IMG/VR virus record: IMGVR_UViG_3300037311_000293
Reading direction: 5' to 3' (one strand)
DNA: 64,000 bases
Origin: a virus
Below the pieces are notes generated by a model, which had not been told where the DNA came from, did no database searches, and was given only the letters and a program-made list of their open reading frames with translations. The translations under genes were made by a program, and so were the position numbers. Of the stretch, positions 63,208-64,000 are shown one piece after another (position 1 is the stretch's first letter; each line of letters starts with the position of its first letter).

Positions 63208-63221
63208 CCTATCAGCAGTTG
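63208..63221 (+). promoter_or_regulatory. CCTATYAGYARNTG motif copy (CCTATCAGCAGTTG)
   Basis: Intergenic, 27 nt before ATG 63249, which has a GGAGG RBS. Confidence 0.55.
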
Positions 63222-63248
63222 AGCGGGAGAAACCGCATTGGAGGAATC

Positions 63249-63857
63249 ATGGAACAGAAGACCGAAGATCACACCGCCGCCGGTGAGCCCACACTCACGG
63301 ACAGTGAAAAGGCTTACGCCATGCTGGCGGAGCTGATGACCACCACGATCGGGTTGCTGAGCTTCAACGGGCCTGGCGAGAAGGACATCGCCGATGCCGT
63401 GGAGACCGCGTGTCTCCTCCACGGCATCGGCACCAAATCGAAGGACGCCGTGATGCGAACACTGGCGTCGAAAAGACTCCACATCCTGAACACTCACCAC
63501 GCCGTCGGCACCCTGAACGAGGCCGAGAACGGCTCGTGGATGAACGCGGGCTGTGCCTGCATGCGCTGTCAGATCCTCCTGCGCGCCAAGCTGTCGGACC
63601 GCCCTGAGGTTCCGGACGTCGAGGGCGGTCACGTTCTCGCACATCAGATCCGAAAGCGCCCCGACGCCGAGACCGTCACGGACGAGGCGACGAAGCGCGG
63701 TGAGCTGATGCACGGCTTGCTGCGCAACATCACGGGGGACGACTCCTCGTCAGGCGGCGGGCTGGAGCAGCTCCTCAACACGCTGCGCTCCTCCGGCATC
63801 GAGATGACCATCATCAACGCCAACGAGCTCTTCGGGCCGCCCGAGAGCGAAGGATGA
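63249..63857 (+). CDS. Hypothetical protein
   Basis: GGAGG RBS, CACMRC motif, high GC3. Confidence 0.7.
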   Translation: MEQKTEDHTAAGEPTLTDSEKAYAMLAELMTTTIGLLSFNGPGEKDIADAVETACLLHGIGTKSKDAVMRTLASKRLHILNTHHAVGTLNEAENGSWMNAGCACMRCQILLRAKLSDRPEVPDVEGGHVLAHQIRKRPDAETVTDEATKRGELMHGLLRNITGDDSSSGGGLEQLLNTLRSSGIEMTIINANELFGPPESEG

Positions 63858-63867
63858 AGCCAGAAGA

Positions 63868-63892
63868 GGGGGGGGGGGGGGGGGGGGGGGGG
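63868..63892. repeat. Poly-G homopolymer (25 G)
   Basis: Directly visible. The sequence beyond it changes character. Confidence 0.9.
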
Positions 63893-64000
63893 CCCCCTGT
63901 CCCGCCGCCCTATCGCCCGGGGGGCGGCGAGGTCGCGCTCGACCTCCATCGCGCCGAGGACCTTGCCGTCGAGGAGGACGACCTGGATCTCGCGGCCGAG

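Noticed and set aside
1-64000. tRNA/rRNA genes, inteins, introns, integrase, stop-codon recoding
   Set aside because: No cloverleaf or rRNA-like stretch was noticed. Intergenic gaps are short, conserved enzymes are uninterrupted in the standard code, and no intein termini were seen. tRNAscan-SE or Infernal would be the definitive check.

Overview
The window is a 64-kb segment of a large, GC-rich, contractile-tailed (myovirus-like) dsDNA phage, probably a jumbo phage. It is not cellular chromosome. No tRNA, rRNA, CRISPR array, integrase, intein or intron was recognised. Function is segregated by strand. The minus strand carries four virion and packaging islands: (1) a putative prohead protease with internal head proteins; (2) RNA polymerase, baseplate spike, head protein and terminase; (3) the portal operon; (4) baseplate, fibre and lysis genes. 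The plus strand carries DNA metabolism: GyrB, a MoxR/vWA pair, SF2 helicase, a UDG-like protein, DnaB, DnaG, SSB, PolA, RecA, Hjc-, Cas4- and RusA-like nucleases, and Rho-N-like proteins. The main highlights are five. First, a 2077-aa single-chain beta-beta' RNA polymerase fusion with a GGDIDGD active site, a remodelled rifampicin pocket and no beta' Zn ribbon, translationally coupled to the tail-spike gene. Second, a readable promoter grammar at all five divergent junctions: TTGACC-N18-TAnnnT-N6-start leaderless promoters, symmetric TAnnnTA bidirectional -10 elements, and a recurrent CCTATYAGYARNTG motif heading plus-strand units. Third, strong enrichment of K-x-A-[A/S] motifs in head-island proteins, a candidate maturation-protease cleavage code, with the likely protease truncated at the left edge. 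Fourth, several enzymes with altered catalytic motifs (UDG-like, RecA, and PolA with Leu762). Fifth, a structured terminase leader. All functional calls come from motif recognition by eye; no database search was run.
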